A stretch of DNA of 64,000 nt from a phage, in sequence record PZ452579.1, one strand, 5' to 3'. The notes beneath the pieces are model-generated. The model worked only from the letters and a program-made list of their open reading frames with translations. It was not told where the DNA came from and made no database searches. This document shows positions 36,530 through 48,793 of this stretch, in pieces (the first letter of the stretch is position 1; each line of letters opens with the position of its first letter). The position numbers were made by a program, and so were the translations under genes.

Positions 36530-39500
36530 CAGTAAAAGCGCCAGCAGTCACGAGTCTCAGATTATCTAAATTGTCCGCAAACCAAGTTCAAATTCGCTGG
36601 GATGAGGTTGGCGCTAATTTCTACTATTTTGTGGAAATAGCTGAGACCAAAACAGCTAACGGGGAAGTAATTCCCCGTAATAGCTATAGATGGACTAATT
36701 TAGGATATACCGCTGATAACAATTTCTTTGAGTCTGGTTTAAATTCATTAACAACATATATGATGCGTGTGGCTACAGCAGCGGAGGGATTTGAGCAGTC
36801 TGATTGGAGATACACCGAAGAGTTTGAAACATTTGAAATAAACGCTTATACATTCCAACATATGATTGAAATGCAATTAGCTAACGAGTTTATTTCTGAA
36901 AAATTTACAAAAAATAATACCAACTACGTTGATTTTAATAATGACACGATCATGGCAGCACTGATGAGCGAGTCGTTCCAATTTAGTCCTGCATACACCG
37001 ATGTGTCATCGATTAGAAATTTTATAATTGGTGAAAATCAGTATCATGAAATCCAGGGGCATATCCAGGACGTATGTAAAGATATAAATCGAGTATATCT
37101 AATGGAATCTGAAGGAATTCTTTACCTTTTTGAAAGATTCCAACCTATTGTAAAAGTGTCTAATGATAAAGGCCAAACATGGAAAGCGGTTAAATTGCTT
37201 AATGACCGTGTAGGATATCCACTTTCACGAACTGTATATTACCAATCAGAATATACGACGTATTTGCTCGGCTATGATAAGATTTTTTACGGGCGTAAAT
37301 CATCCGATATTCGTTGGTCTGCTGATGATGTTCGTTTCAGTTCACAAGATGTAACATTTGCTAAAATCGGGGACCGATTAAATTTAGGTTTTGATGTAGA
37401 GATTTTCGGTACATACGCGTCATTACCAGGAAACGTATCACGTATTGCAGAAGCTATTACTTGTAATGATGACTATGTTTATATTGCGGCCAGAGATAAA
37501 GTTCGCTTCGTTAAAACCAGTAACGCTCCTATTGATTCAGATCCATTATCTCCAACCTATTCCGAACGGTTGTTTGAACCTGAGACGTTTACAATAACAG
37601 GCAACCCTAAAGCAGTTTGTTATAAAATGGATTCTGTTGGTGGAAGAATATTCGCTCTTATTATTGGTGAAGTCGAAAACGTTAATGACGACCCAAGAAC
37701 AAAGCCTATTTTAGATTCCGTTGATAAAGGTGTATACGTTTTAGACCATGACGCTGGAACATTTAAAAGGATATTTGGTAATACCGAAGAAGAACGCCGT
37801 CGTATAGAACCGGCTTTCACCAATATGTCTACTGATGGTGTTGAGCTTTATATCTCTTCTAGTAATTTTAAATTTTTAGAATCTGATATTGTTGACGACC
37901 CAGAAACGCAATCTAAGTATGGACTTTTAAGAGCAGTTAAGTATGAATATCCTAGAGAATGGCTCGCAGATAAACATTACCATATGATGATTTTCGCATC
38001 AAACGAAGAAAGTAATTGGGAAACTTTTTCACCAACTCCTATGCAGTATTATGCAGAACCTTTCTTTAGTTATTCTAGAAAATCAGGCACACGTTCTTGG
38101 ATTAATAACTCTGATAGAGCGGTAGTGATTTATTCTGATTTGCTTTACACAAAGGTAGTGGAAAGCCACCCTAGCACTTCACCTGATCGTAAAGTTCATG
38201 AATACTGGAATGATGGCGATTGTAAGATTGTTATGCCGAATATAGAATTCACTGGATTTAAAAAATACGCATCTGGTATGTTGTTTTATAAATCGTCAGG
38301 TGAAATAATTTCATATTACGATTTTAGTTATCGTGTTAGAGATAACGTTTCTATAATTTGGAAGCCCACTAACGTATTTTTGACCGCCTCATTACAAAAC
38401 CAAGAAAAAGAAACTTCTTGGGTTCCTGTTGAAGAGACAGGTCTAGCTGACCCGGATTTACGCCCATTACTCACTACAATGATGCCAGAGTCTTATCTGT
38501 TGGATAATACAAACTTTGAAGCATTTTGTGAAGCGTATATTCAATATCTTTCTGATGGATACGGGACTCATTATAATAACTTATTGAATTTGATTAAAAA
38601 TAAATACCCACGAGAAGAACACGCATGGGAATATCTTTGGTCTGAAATTTATAAACGGAACATTTATTTGAATGCTGAGAAACGTGATTTAGTTTCTAGG
38701 TTCTTTGAGTCCAGAAGTTATGATTTTTATTCTACTAAAGGAACTGAAGCGTCGTATAAGTTTTTGTTTAAAGTTCTTTATAACGAAGACGTTGAAGTGG
38801 AAATTGAGTCATCTGCTGGAACAGAGTACGATATCATAATTCAATCTGATTCTATAAGTGAAGATTTGGTTGGACAAACTATATACACCGCTACAGGTAG
38901 ATGTAATGTTACATATTTAGAAAGAAGCTATTCTAAAGGTAAATTACAATGGACTGTGACTATTCATAACCTTTTAGGTAGGCTTTTAGTCGGTCAAGAA
39001 GTAAAAGCCGAAAGACTAGCAGATTTTGAAGGTGAAATAGTTCGCGGTATTAAAGGTAAAGAACTTGCCCAAAACACTATCGATTATTTTAATCGTGGTA
39101 GAGCTTATTACGTCATGAAAATAAAGTCAAATCTTCCATCCTCTCGTTGGAAATCTGACGTACTACGTTTTGTACATCCGGTAGGATTTGGATTTATTGC
39201 AATAACCTTATTAACAATGTTTATTAATACAGGATTAACGCTTAAACATGTTGAAACTATTATTAATAAATATAAAAATTATAAGTGGGATTCCGGACTA
39301 CCTACGGAATATGCAGACCGCGTCGCTCGTTTAGACCCTCAAGGTAATGTAGAATTCAATCCTGTTACAGGTGAAGTAATTTATGATGCCGGTCCTTATG
39401 CCGGTATCGAATACCCTTTACCTGTAAATTATAACGAAGAAAATGATAACTCTATTTTCCAAGGACAATTACCGTCCGAACGACGCAAGCCAATGAGCCC

Positions 39501-39624
39501 ATTATTTGATGCATCAGGTACAACGTTCTCTAGATTTAGAGAGCTTGTTAATGAAAGATTGTTAGATAACGTGGGAAATCCTAGAGACCCGATTAATCCA
39601 CCACAGGTTAAATTAGATGAATGA
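36526..39624 (+). CDS. 7: baseplate wedge protein gp7
   Basis: 1032-aa ORF, identical in length to T4 gp7; start overlaps gene 6 stop. Confidence 0.95.
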   Translation: MTVKAPAVTSLRLSKLSANQVQIRWDEVGANFYYFVEIAETKTANGEVIPRNSYRWTNLGYTADNNFFESGLNSLTTYMMRVATAAEGFEQSDWRYTEEFETFEINAYTFQHMIEMQLANEFISEKFTKNNTNYVDFNNDTIMAALMSESFQFSPAYTDVSSIRNFIIGENQYHEIQGHIQDVCKDINRVYLMESEGILYLFERFQPIVKVSNDKGQTWKAVKLLNDRVGYPLSRTVYYQSEYTTYLLGYDKIFYGRKSSDIRWSADDVRFSSQDVTFAKIGDRLNLGFDVEIFGTYASLPGNVSRIAEAITCNDDYVYIAARDKVRFVKTSNAPIDSDPLSPTYSERLFEPETFTITGNPKAVCYKMDSVGGRIFALIIGEVENVNDDPRTKPILDSVDKGVYVLDHDAGTFKRIFGNTEEERRRIEPAFTNMSTDGVELYISSSNFKFLESDIVDDPETQSKYGLLRAVKYEYPREWLADKHYHMMIFASNEESNWETFSPTPMQYYAEPFFSYSRKSGTRSWINNSDRAVVIYSDLLYTKVVESHPSTSPDRKVHEYWNDGDCKIVMPNIEFTGFKKYASGMLFYKSSGEIISYYDFSYRVRDNVSIIWKPTNVFLTASLQNQEKETSWVPVEETGLADPDLRPLLTTMMPESYLLDNTNFEAFCEAYIQYLSDGYGTHYNNLLNLIKNKYPREEHAWEYLWSEIYKRNIYLNAEKRDLVSRFFESRSYDFYSTKGTEASYKFLFKVLYNEDVEVEIESSAGTEYDIIIQSDSISEDLVGQTIYTATGRCNVTYLERSYSKGKLQWTVTIHNLLGRLLVGQEVKAERLADFEGEIVRGIKGKELAQNTIDYFNRGRAYYVMKIKSNLPSSRWKSDVLRFVHPVGFGFIAITLLTMFINTGLTLKHVETIINKYKNYKWDSGLPTEYADRVARLDPQGNVEFNPVTGEVIYDAGPYAGIEYPLPVNYNEENDNSIFQGQLPSERRKPMSPLFDASGTTFSRFRELVNERLLDNVGNPRDPINPPQVKLDE

Positions 39625-40621
39625 TTCAAGTGTTGTCTATCGTTCGATAGTTACTTCAAAATTTAGAACTGAAAAAATGTTGAATTTCTACAATTCAATA
39701 GGTGATGGTGATAATAAAAACACCATCTTTATAACGTTTGGTCGGTCTGAACCATGGGCTGCTAATGAAAATGAGGTGGGCTTCGCCCCACCGTATCCAA
39801 CAGACTCGGTTTTAGGTGTAACAGATATGTGGACTAACATGATGGGTTTAGTTAAAGTTATCCCATCTATGTTAGACTCGGTTATTCCTAGACGTGACTG
39901 GGGAGATATTCGTTATCCGGACCCTTATACATTCAAAATAAATGATATAGTCGTATGTAATACAGCCCCATATAATGCCACTGAAGTCGGAGCTGGATGG
40001 TTAGTATACCGTTGCGTAGATGTTCCTGATGTTGGGATGTGTTCTATTGAGTCTCTCGACAACAAAGAAGAATGTCTTAAATTAGGTGGTAAATGGACTC
40101 CGTCTGTTAGGTCTTTAACCCCTCCTGAAGGCCGTGGAGATGCTGAAGGGATTATCGAAGTTGGTGATGGATATATATGGGAGTATCTTTATGAGATTCC
40201 ACCTGATGTGTCTATAAACCGATGTACTAATGAATATATAGTCGTTCCATGGCCGGAAGAAGTTAAAGAAGACCCTGCTCGTTGGGGATATGAAAACAAT
40301 CTAACCTGGCAACAAGATGATTTTGGCCTTGTGTATAGAGTTAAAGCAAACATAATTCGTTTTAAAGCCTATTTAGACTCAGTTTATTTCCCTAATGCAG
40401 CACTGCCTGGTAATAAAGGATTTAGACAAATTTCTATTATCACAAACCCCTTGGAAGCTAAACTCCGTCCTAATGACCCTAATATAAAAGCTGAAAAGGA
40501 TTATTATGACCCTAGAGATTTACAGCGTCATTCTGGTGAAATGATTTATATGGAAAACCGTCCACCTATTATTATGGCAATGGACCAAACCGAAGAGATC
40601 AATATTTTGTTTATGTTCTAA
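39617..40621 (+). CDS. 8: baseplate wedge protein gp8
   Basis: 334-aa ORF, same length as T4 gp8. Confidence 0.95.
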   Translation: MNDSSVVYRSIVTSKFRTEKMLNFYNSIGDGDNKNTIFITFGRSEPWAANENEVGFAPPYPTDSVLGVTDMWTNMMGLVKVIPSMLDSVIPRRDWGDIRYPDPYTFKINDIVVCNTAPYNATEVGAGWLVYRCVDVPDVGMCSIESLDNKEECLKLGGKWTPSVRSLTPPEGRGDAEGIIEVGDGYIWEYLYEIPPDVSINRCTNEYIVVPWPEEVKEDPARWGYENNLTWQQDDFGLVYRVKANIIRFKAYLDSVYFPNAALPGNKGFRQISIITNPLEAKLRPNDPNIKAEKDYYDPRDLQRHSGEMIYMENRPPIIMAMDQTEEINILFMF

Positions 40622-40625
40622 TTTA

Positions 40626-40646
40626 GGGAGACTTCGGTCTCCCTTT
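40626..40646 (+). terminator. intrinsic terminator after gene 8
   Basis: Hairpin GGGAGACTTCGGTCTCCC followed by TTT. Confidence 0.6.
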
Positions 40647-40650
40647 CGTG

Positions 40651-40658
40651 TATAAATA
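40651..40658 (+). promoter_or_regulatory. late promoter (TATAAATA) for gene 9
   Basis: TATAAATA 33 nt upstream of the gene 9 ATG, just after a terminator hairpin. Confidence 0.65.
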
Positions 40659-40683
40659 TTATAAACTATTAAGGATTAGCCAC

Positions 40684-41547
40684 ATGTATATTCAAACTCC
40701 AAAACAATTGATTGACGTTGGCGAAATTGGTAACGCTTCTACAGGCGATATCCTTTTTGACGGCGGTGTTAAAATAAACAATGATATAAATGCTATTTAC
40801 AATGCGTTTGGTGACCAACGAAAAATGGCAACTGCTAATGGTACAGGACCAAATGGACAAATAATCCATGCCACTGGATACTACCAAAAAGGAGGTCCTA
40901 CTGATTATTTCACCCCTGTTCCAGTAGGAAGTAGACACGACATAGATGCTTCTACCGGTGGTGTTATTGTTACTGTTGCTAGAGGTGAACTCGGCGATTC
41001 CGTGGAATTTATAAATTCAAACGGGTCAATTTCGGTAAACAACCCATTAAGTATCCAAGCATTAGATTCTATTAAAGGTGTTGCAGGTAATTTAGTTATA
41101 ACCACACCTTATACTAAAGTTACTCTTCGTTGTATTTCTTCTGGTGCAGGCGGTTCAATATGGGATTATTCTACAGAAAGTATGTTTAGTCATACCGAAA
41201 TTCCTGTAGACGGGACATGGAATATTATTTCAGACTATGTCAATATTCCTCTATTTTATAAAACTGAATATAATGCTGCTAAACTTTTGGTTACATGCCA
41301 ATCTGCCAACGGCAGAAAAATTAAATCATGCGAAATAAATATTCTAATAGATACAATTAATTCAAGAGTTATTTCAACCGAATACGCAGTGATGCGCGTT
41401 GGTAATGATAACGAAGAAGATGAAATTGCGAATATTAGTTTTTCGATAATTAACAATTTTGCCACTATGACAGTTTCTTCACATATAAATGGTCTTCGAG
41501 TGGCAGCTAAAGTTATTTCAACTCAGAAAATTAGGGTCGCTCAATAA
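40684..41547 (+). CDS. 9: baseplate wedge / long-tail-fibre socket protein gp9
   Basis: ATG at 40684 (MYIQTPKQLIDVG...) with AAGGA RBS; 288 aa as T4 gp9. Confidence 0.95.
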   Translation: MYIQTPKQLIDVGEIGNASTGDILFDGGVKINNDINAIYNAFGDQRKMATANGTGPNGQIIHATGYYQKGGPTDYFTPVPVGSRHDIDASTGGVIVTVARGELGDSVEFINSNGSISVNNPLSIQALDSIKGVAGNLVITTPYTKVTLRCISSGAGGSIWDYSTESMFSHTEIPVDGTWNIISDYVNIPLFYKTEYNAAKLLVTCQSANGRKIKSCEINILIDTINSRVISTEYAVMRVGNDNEEDEIANISFSIINNFATMTVSSHINGLRVAAKVISTQKIRVAQ

Positions 41548-43361
41548 TGAAACAAAATATTAAAATTGGGAACGTCGTTGATGACGGACAAGGCGATTAC
41601 CTTCGTCGTGGTGGTGCAAAAATTAATGAAAACTTTGATGAGTTGTATTATGAATTAGGCGATGGCGAAGTTCCATATTCCGCTGGTGCCTGGAAAACAT
41701 ACCATTCTTCAGATGGACTTAATTTAGCTGCTGAATGGGGTAAATCATACGCAATTGATACTTCAACAGGGCGTGTTTCTATAAATTTACCTAAAGGAAC
41801 AGTGGAAGATTATAATAAAGTAATTAGAGCCCGTGATGTATTCGCCACATGGAATATTAACCCTGTAACATTAATTGCTGCCAGTGGTGATACTATTAAA
41901 GGTTCTTCTAGCCCAGTAGAAATCAATGTGCAGTTTTCAGACTTAGAATTAGTTTACTGTTCTCCTGGGCGCTGGGAATACGTTAAAAATAAACAAATAG
42001 ACAAAATTACTAGTTCTGATATTAGTAGTGTAGCTCGTAAAGAATTTTTAGTCGAAGTTCAAGGTCAAACTGATTTTCTTGATGTATTTGGGTCTGTTTC
42101 TTATAATGTGAATAATATCCGTGTAAAACATCGTGGTAACGAATTATACTACGGTGATGCGTTCAGTGACAATAGTGACTTTGGTTCTCCAGGAGCTAAT
42201 CCTGGAGAAATCGTTGCATTAGATGGTAAAAACATCCGTTTAAGACAACCATGTAATATTGGCGACACCGTACAAATTGAAACCTTTTTGGATGGGATTA
42301 CACAATTACGCAGTTCTTATTCTCGCCGCCAAATACGTATTTTAGATTCGAAATTAACAACCCGTCCTTCCTTAGAAGGAAGTGTATATGTCGCTGATTT
42401 GTCAACTTTGAAATCTATTCCTTTTTCGGCATTTGGAGTTAATCCTTCAGAACCGGTCAATACTAATTCTTTAGAAGTTCGTTTTAATGGTATTCTTCAA
42501 GAATTAGCTGGTACTGTTGGTTTACCTATGTTCAGATGTGAAGGTGCTGATGCAGAAACTTCTACCGAGTGTTCAGCTTTAGGTGGGACTTGGGTTACAT
42601 CTAACACCGATTATTCTATTGAATATGATGATAACGATGCAACTATTGCACGTGCTTTAGTCTTTGACCGTAAGTTTGAAGACCAAGACATTATTGATAT
42701 TACATGGTTTAATAACGATTTAGGCACTTTATTAAGTATCGATGACATTTTAGATACAACTGATGAAAGGTATGTCGCACAAGGTGCAACCGTAAATGTG
42801 ACCGGCGATGTGGCTTTGACCGATTTCAATAATATCGGATGGCCTAATGTAGAATCTGTTCCGGCATATAGCAGGGAATTCTCATCTATTGCAAATATTT
42901 TTAACACTATTTACCCTGTCGGTACTATTTACGAAAATGCAGTGAACCCTAATAACCCAGCCACGTATTTAGGATTTGGTTCTTGGAAATTATGGGGACA
43001 AGGAAAAGTATTAGTTGGATGGAACGACGATATTAGCGATCCTAATTTTGCATTAAATAATAACGACCTTGATTCTAGCGGGAATCCTACACATACCGCC
43101 GGTGGAACAGTCGGAACAACGTCTAACACACTAACTAATTCTGATTTACCTCCTACTCAAACTGACGAGAAAGTTCTTATTTCCGATGAGAACGGTACAA
43201 TTATTATTGGTGGCTGTCAATACGACCCTGATGCAGAAGGTCCTATATACACCAAATACCGTGAAGGCCACGCCACAACGAATAGTACACACGTACCGCC
43301 TCAAGCCGTAAATAATATTCAACCGTCAATTACCGTATACCGTTGGGTAAGGATTGCATAA
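41547..43361 (+). CDS. 10: baseplate wedge protein gp10
   Basis: 604-aa ORF; stop overlaps gene 11 start (TAATG). Confidence 0.95.
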   Translation: MKQNIKIGNVVDDGQGDYLRRGGAKINENFDELYYELGDGEVPYSAGAWKTYHSSDGLNLAAEWGKSYAIDTSTGRVSINLPKGTVEDYNKVIRARDVFATWNINPVTLIAASGDTIKGSSSPVEINVQFSDLELVYCSPGRWEYVKNKQIDKITSSDISSVARKEFLVEVQGQTDFLDVFGSVSYNVNNIRVKHRGNELYYGDAFSDNSDFGSPGANPGEIVALDGKNIRLRQPCNIGDTVQIETFLDGITQLRSSYSRRQIRILDSKLTTRPSLEGSVYVADLSTLKSIPFSAFGVNPSEPVNTNSLEVRFNGILQELAGTVGLPMFRCEGADAETSTECSALGGTWVTSNTDYSIEYDDNDATIARALVFDRKFEDQDIIDITWFNNDLGTLLSIDDILDTTDERYVAQGATVNVTGDVALTDFNNIGWPNVESVPAYSREFSSIANIFNTIYPVGTIYENAVNPNNPATYLGFGSWKLWGQGKVLVGWNDDISDPNFALNNNDLDSSGNPTHTAGGTVGTTSNTLTNSDLPPTQTDEKVLISDENGTIIIGGCQYDPDAEGPIYTKYREGHATTNSTHVPPQAVNNIQPSITVYRWVRIA

Positions 43362-44020
43362 TGACCGTACTTAATACTAAAGCGGGAGTAATATCCCGCG
43401 AAGCAGATTTTTTAGGATTTAGAAAAAATCCTACTCAAATTGATATTTTAAACAACCAAGGCGTAGGTTCTGTAACCATTTCTCAATTGGCAAAAGGATT
43501 CTACGATGATAACGTAGAATCTGCAATAAACGATGTTCATAATATTGCTAGAGCAGATGTAGGAACAGTTACAATTAACACCTCAGGTGTATCTCCTGAA
43601 GGAACTTCACAGGTAGATTATTGGTCCTTTAGTGGAAGTGTAACTGACCCTAGTTTGCCCGATGGAAGCCCTGTTATTGTAAAAGTTTACGGGCTTCCTG
43701 TTAATGCTACTGTAGGTATGACAGCCGACGAATTTGTTGTACAATTACGTACTACTCTCCGGAATGCGATTTCCGACCAATTGGCTATTGCAGAGTATAA
43801 AGATGACCCTACTGTTGGGACTAAATTACAAATAACATATTTAGATAACCAAAGACACGTACTCCCAACGTATTCCTCTTATGGTATCACGGTTTCTCAA
43901 GAAATAGTGTCTCAGGCTAAGTCCGGGTACGGCACTTGGAATTTACTAGGTGCGCAAACCATTACTCTTGACAGCCATACTTCACCTACAACCTTTTATT
44001 ATTTTGTGAGAACCGCATGA
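43361..44020 (+). CDS. 11: baseplate wedge / short-tail-fibre attachment protein gp11
   Basis: ATG at 43361 ([20 protein letters not shown]...), 219 aa as T4 gp11. Confidence 0.95.
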   Translation: MTVLNTKAGVISREADFLGFRKNPTQIDILNNQGVGSVTISQLAKGFYDDNVESAINDVHNIARADVGTVTINTSGVSPEGTSQVDYWSFSGSVTDPSLPDGSPVIVKVYGLPVNATVGMTADEFVVQLRTTLRNAISDQLAIAEYKDDPTVGTKLQITYLDNQRHVLPTYSSYGITVSQEIVSQAKSGYGTWNLLGAQTITLDSHTSPTTFYYFVRTA

Positions 44021-45567
44021 GTAACAATACATATCAACACGTTTCGAACGAATCAGTATATGTTGAATTTGACCCGGTAGGGTCAAATTTTGATAGTTCA
44101 ATAACCAATGTCCAGGCAGCCTTAGCCTCAATTAGCGCATATGGTGTTAAAGGTGTTCCGGACGCAAGCGAAGCAGAAAAAGGTGTAATTCAATTAGCGA
44201 CAGAACAAGAAGTTCTTGATGGATTTAATAGTACTAAAGCCGTTACACCCGCCACATTAAATGCAAGACTTCAGTATCCAAATGCGTCAGAAACACAATA
44301 CGGCGTAACTAAATATGCAACACAAGAGGAGGCCATTGCTGGCACTTTAGACACTGTTTCTATTACTCCGCTTAAATTAAACCAAACTATTGATAACACG
44401 TTCTCTACTCGTTATTCAACAGAAACAACTAACGGTGTTATTAAAATTGCAACTCAAACCGCTGCACTTGCCGGGTCTGATGACACCACAGCAATGACTC
44501 CGCTTAAAACGCAGCAATTAGCAATAAAATTAATTTCTCAAATAGCTCCTAATAACGACCCGGCTTCAGAATCTATTACCGGTGTTGTGCGTTTAGCTAC
44601 GGTGGCTCAAACACGTCAAGGAACTCTTCGCGAAGGATATGCAATTTCCCCGTATACCTTTATGAATTCTGTTGCAACACAAGAATATAAAGGTGTTATA
44701 CGTATAGGAACACAAGCGGAAATTAATAGTAATTTGGGAGATGTTGCTGTAACAGGTGAAACGCTAAATGGTAGAGGAGCTACCGGTTCTATGCGTGGAG
44801 TCGTAAAATTAACGACGCAGGCCGGTGTTGCACCCGAAGGCGATAGCTCTGGAGCATTAGCATGGAACGCAGATGTAATTAATACACGCGGTGGACAAAC
44901 TATTAATGGTTCTTTAAATTTAGATCACCTCACCGCAAATGGAATTTGGTCGCGTGGCGGAATGTGGAAAAACGGTGACCAGCCAGTTGCAACAGAGAGA
45001 TATGCATCTGAACGTGTTCCTGTTGGAACAATTCAAATGTTCGCAGGTGATAGCGCTCCTCCAGGTTGGGTTTTATGTCATGGCGGGACCATTTCTGGAG
45101 ACCAATTTCCGGACTATCGAAATGTGGTTGGAACAAGATTTGGCGGTGATTGGAATAATCCTGGAATTCCGGATATGCGCGGCCTTTTTGTTAGAGGAGC
45201 TGGTACTGGCAGTCATATTTTAAATAATCGTGGCCAAGACGGCTATGGAAAGGATAGATTAGGTGTAGGATGTGACGGCATGCATGTTGGTGGTGTCCAA
45301 GCACAACAAATGTCATATCATAAACATGCCGGTGGATGGGGCGAATACTCACGTCATGAGGCACCGTTCGGAGCATCCGTATATCAAGGTTATTTGGGTA
45401 CTAGAAAATACTCTGATTGGGATAACGCATCATATTTCACAAATGACGGCTTCGAATTAGGTGGTCACCGCGACGCAACAGGCACTCTTAACCGTGAAGG
45501 ACTTATCGGATATGAGACTCGTCCATGGAATATATCTTTAAATTATATTATTAAAGTCCATTACTAA
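44017..45567 (+). CDS. 12: short tail fibre protein gp12
   Basis: 516-aa ORF; start overlaps gene 11 stop (ATGA). Confidence 0.95.
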   Translation: MSNNTYQHVSNESVYVEFDPVGSNFDSSITNVQAALASISAYGVKGVPDASEAEKGVIQLATEQEVLDGFNSTKAVTPATLNARLQYPNASETQYGVTKYATQEEAIAGTLDTVSITPLKLNQTIDNTFSTRYSTETTNGVIKIATQTAALAGSDDTTAMTPLKTQQLAIKLISQIAPNNDPASESITGVVRLATVAQTRQGTLREGYAISPYTFMNSVATQEYKGVIRIGTQAEINSNLGDVAVTGETLNGRGATGSMRGVVKLTTQAGVAPEGDSSGALAWNADVINTRGGQTINGSLNLDHLTANGIWSRGGMWKNGDQPVATERYASERVPVGTIQMFAGDSAPPGWVLCHGGTISGDQFPDYRNVVGTRFGGDWNNPGIPDMRGLFVRGAGTGSHILNNRGQDGYGKDRLGVGCDGMHVGGVQAQQMSYHKHAGGWGEYSRHEAPFGASVYQGYLGTRKYSDWDNASYFTNDGFELGGHRDATGTLNREGLIGYETRPWNISLNYIIKVHY

Positions 45568-45576
45568 GGGTAAAAA

Positions 45577-47019
45577 ATGATCGAATTAAAAAGTCTACCA
45601 TATGTTGATGGCCCTCCTGACGAGGGTCAAAAACGTTTAAACTGGATTAAAAATTCAGAAGAAATAACTGGTGCTGACACGTTATATGGTTCTGAAGGAG
45701 TAATGAACCGTCCAATAACAGAAGTTCAACGAAATGTGGAAACAATTAACGATAACGTTAAGACTATCGCAGAATCTTTAGATACCGCTAATGCCGATAT
45801 TGCCACAATTAAAGGTATCTTGGATGTTTCTGGTGACGTAGATGCTTTAGCACAAATTGGACATAACACTGATGATATTGAAGTATTAAAACATACTGTA
45901 AATTCACACGGTGTTGATATTTTAAACACTGAAGAAAAACTAGATGATACTATTGCTAATATCGGAGTAGTTAATCCGGAAACAGATTCAGTGTATCGTA
46001 CGGTGCGTAACGACCTTCTTTGGATTAAAACCGAATTAGGGCAATATACTGGACAAGATATTAATGGTGTCCCGACCGAAGGTAATGAAAGCACCGGGAT
46101 GAAACGACGTATTATTACTAACAGCTCAGTGTTGGTTGACCAAGGCGTTCGTTTAACCGAGTTGGAAAATAAATTTGCCGATTCTGATGTTGGGGCTCTG
46201 ACAACTGAAGTTGAAAACCTCCGCCAAGAAATGGGTCCTAGACCATCGTTAACAGTACCGGTTTACACTCGTTTATCTGGTATTGATTCATCCATTTCTA
46301 TCCAAACTAGAGATATTGCGGCATTAAAAGATTTTGTTGGATATCCTAATTCAACCGCTATTAAAACTCAAGTCGAGGCCAATCGTCTTTCTATATCAAC
46401 AATAAATTCAGACATTAACTCGCCTGGCGGTATTAAACCACGTTTGACAACGTTAGAAACTACTATAGGCTCTCCAGATTTACCAACTACTCTTCAGGGT
46501 AAGATCAAATTAAATACCGATTCCATTTCAGGTATTAACACAGTTTTAGGTGTTGATTCTTCTAGTGGTTTACGTTTTAACGTAGCATGGCTTAATCAGG
46601 TGGTTGGCGTTGATTCAAATGGTGGACAACCTGAACCGGCTGGTTCGCTTTTATATAGGACTCGTATTCTTGAAACTGGTGTTACTGACCTAGGCAATAA
46701 CATTCAAAACGTTCAAACCGAATTGGGAACTAATTCGTCCGGTATTAAAGGACAAGTGACTAGTTTAAATAAACTTATAAGCGGCACCAACCCAAACGGT
46801 CAAACCATAGAAGAACGTGGTATATTGCCAACAGTTAAAAACCATGACACGACAATTACGGATTTAACTACGCGTGTTACCACTTTAGAAACAGACCTTG
46901 CTGCAGCAGAAGCAGAAATTCAGGCCCTTAAAGAGGCTGGATATATCGAAGATGCTCCTTCAGACGGTAAATTCTATGTTCGTAAAGATGGTGCTTGGGT
47001 TGAACTTCCTACAGCTTAA
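45577..47019 (+). CDS. wac: fibritin (whisker/neck)
   Basis: 480-aa ORF with coiled-coil repeats and C-terminal foldon-like GYIEDAPSDGKFYVRKDGAWVELP. Confidence 0.95.
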   Translation: MIELKSLPYVDGPPDEGQKRLNWIKNSEEITGADTLYGSEGVMNRPITEVQRNVETINDNVKTIAESLDTANADIATIKGILDVSGDVDALAQIGHNTDDIEVLKHTVNSHGVDILNTEEKLDDTIANIGVVNPETDSVYRTVRNDLLWIKTELGQYTGQDINGVPTEGNESTGMKRRIITNSSVLVDQGVRLTELENKFADSDVGALTTEVENLRQEMGPRPSLTVPVYTRLSGIDSSISIQTRDIAALKDFVGYPNSTAIKTQVEANRLSISTINSDINSPGGIKPRLTTLETTIGSPDLPTTLQGKIKLNTDSISGINTVLGVDSSSGLRFNVAWLNQVVGVDSNGGQPEPAGSLLYRTRILETGVTDLGNNIQNVQTELGTNSSGIKGQVTSLNKLISGTNPNGQTIEERGILPTVKNHDTTITDLTTRVTTLETDLAAAEAEIQALKEAGYIEDAPSDGKFYVRKDGAWVELPTA

Positions 47020-47051
47020 TGAAAAGGGCCTTCGGGCCCTAAAGGATTTAT

Positions 47052-47978
47052 ATGTCAGGTTATAATGCACAAAACCCTAAAGAATTAAAGGATGTAATAT
47101 TACGTCGTTTAGGCGCTCCTATTGTAAATGTTGAATTAACTGCAGACCAAATTTATGATTGTATTTCACGGGCGTTAGAACTTTATGGCGAATATCATTT
47201 TGACGGATTGAATAAAGGTTTTCACGTATTTTTTGTTGATGACGAAGAAAAATATCGTCATGGTGTGTTTGATATGCGTGGTTCTAATGTATTTGCTGTA
47301 ACAAGAATTATAAGAACAAACGTTGGCTCTATTACTTCAATGGACGGTAATGCAACTTATCCTTGGTTCACTGATTTCCTTTTAGGAATGGCAGGTGTTT
47401 CTGGTGGCATGGGTAGTAATTGTGGTAAATTCTATGGACCGAACGCTTTTGGCGCTGACCTTGGGTATTATTCTCAATTAGTATCTTATATGGGTATGCT
47501 TCAAGATATGATTGCTCCTCTTCCAGATTTTTGGTTTAACTCCGCAAACGAACAATTAAAAGTAATGGGTAACTTTAGACAGAAAGATGTCATTATTGTT
47601 GAATCGTACGTTCGTTCTTATATTGAGACCCATAAGATGGTAGGAAATACAGTAGGTTATGGGCAGGTCGGTCCTCGTGATTCATGGTCTATTTCTGAGC
47701 GGTATGACAACCCGGACCATAATTTGGTCGGACGACGAGTTGGTGAAGATCCTGCAACTAAACAAGGCGCATATAACAACCGCTGGGTTAAAGATTATGC
47801 GTCTGCATTAGCTAAAGAGCTTAATGGACAAATTCTTGCTAAACATCAAGGTATGATGTTACCTGGTGGTGTCACTGTTGACGGTGTTCGATTAATTGAA
47901 GAAGCCCGTTTAGAGAAAGAAGCTTTACGAGAAGAGTTATATTTACTGGACCCTCCTGCAGGTATTTTGGTAGGTTAA
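47052..47978 (+). CDS. 13: neck protein gp13
   Basis: 308-aa ORF; T4 order and size. Confidence 0.95.
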   Translation: MSGYNAQNPKELKDVILRRLGAPIVNVELTADQIYDCISRALELYGEYHFDGLNKGFHVFFVDDEEKYRHGVFDMRGSNVFAVTRIIRTNVGSITSMDGNATYPWFTDFLLGMAGVSGGMGSNCGKFYGPNAFGADLGYYSQLVSYMGMLQDMIAPLPDFWFNSANEQLKVMGNFRQKDVIIVESYVRSYIETHKMVGNTVGYGQVGPRDSWSISERYDNPDHNLVGRRVGEDPATKQGAYNNRWVKDYASALAKELNGQILAKHQGMMLPGGVTVDGVRLIEEARLEKEALREELYLLDPPAGILVG

Positions 47979-47979
47979 T

Positions 47980-48744
47980 ATGGCAACTTATGATAAAAAT
48001 CTTTTCGCCAAGCTAGAAAATCGTGGTGGGTATTCTCAGACAAATGAGACCGAAATCCTCAATCCATTTGTCAATTTTAATAACTATGAGAATAGTCAGA
48101 CATTAGCCGATGTTCTAGTGGCAGAAAGCATACAGATGCGCGGTATTGAATGTTTTTATGTTCCACGTGAATATGTTGCTGTGGACCTTATCTTTGGTGA
48201 GGACCTTAAAAATAAATTTACTAAAGCATGGAAATTTGCTGCATATCTGAACTCATTTGAAGGTTATGAAGGAGCGAAATCGTTCTTCAGCAACTTCGGA
48301 ATGCAAGTTCAAGACGAAGTTACATTATCTATTAACCCAGGTCTTTTCAAACACCAGGTCAACAATCAGGAGCCCAAGGAAGGTGATTTAATATACTTCC
48401 CAATGGACAACAGTTTGTTTGAGATTAACTGGGTTGAACCATATGACCCATTCTATCAAGTAGGTAAAAATGCGATTCGTAAAATTACTGCAGGCAAGTT
48501 TATTTACTCTGGTGAAGAAATCAATCCAGTGCTTCAGAAAAATGAAGGTATCAATATACCTGAATTTAGTGACTTGGAACTTAACCCTGTTAGAAATCTT
48601 GACGGTATCCATGACATTAATATCGATGAATATTCTGAAGTTGAGCAAATCAATTCAGAGGCAAGTGAATACGTTGAACCATATGTAGTAGTTAACAACC
48701 GTGGTAGACAAAATTCACCATTTGACGATGGGTTTATGAATTAA
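47980..48744 (+). CDS. 14: neck protein gp14
   Basis: 254-aa ORF; T4 order and size. Confidence 0.95.
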   Translation: MATYDKNLFAKLENRGGYSQTNETEILNPFVNFNNYENSQTLADVLVAESIQMRGIECFYVPREYVAVDLIFGEDLKNKFTKAWKFAAYLNSFEGYEGAKSFFSNFGMQVQDEVTLSINPGLFKHQVNNQEPKEGDLIYFPMDNSLFEINWVEPYDPFYQVGKNAIRKITAGKFIYSGEEINPVLQKNEGINIPEFSDLELNPVRNLDGIHDINIDEYSEVEQINSEASEYVEPYVVVNNRGRQNSPFDDGFMN

Positions 48745-48793
48745 TAAATAAATAAGATAAAGCAAACACCGGTCGAAAGGCCGGTTAGGAGAA

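Noticed and set aside
43359-44020. Overlapping stop/start codons at genes 10/11 (TAATG), 11/12 (ATGA) and 7/8 as possible frameshift sites
   Set aside because: These are ordinary translational-coupling overlaps typical of T4 baseplate operons; each downstream frame has its own start.
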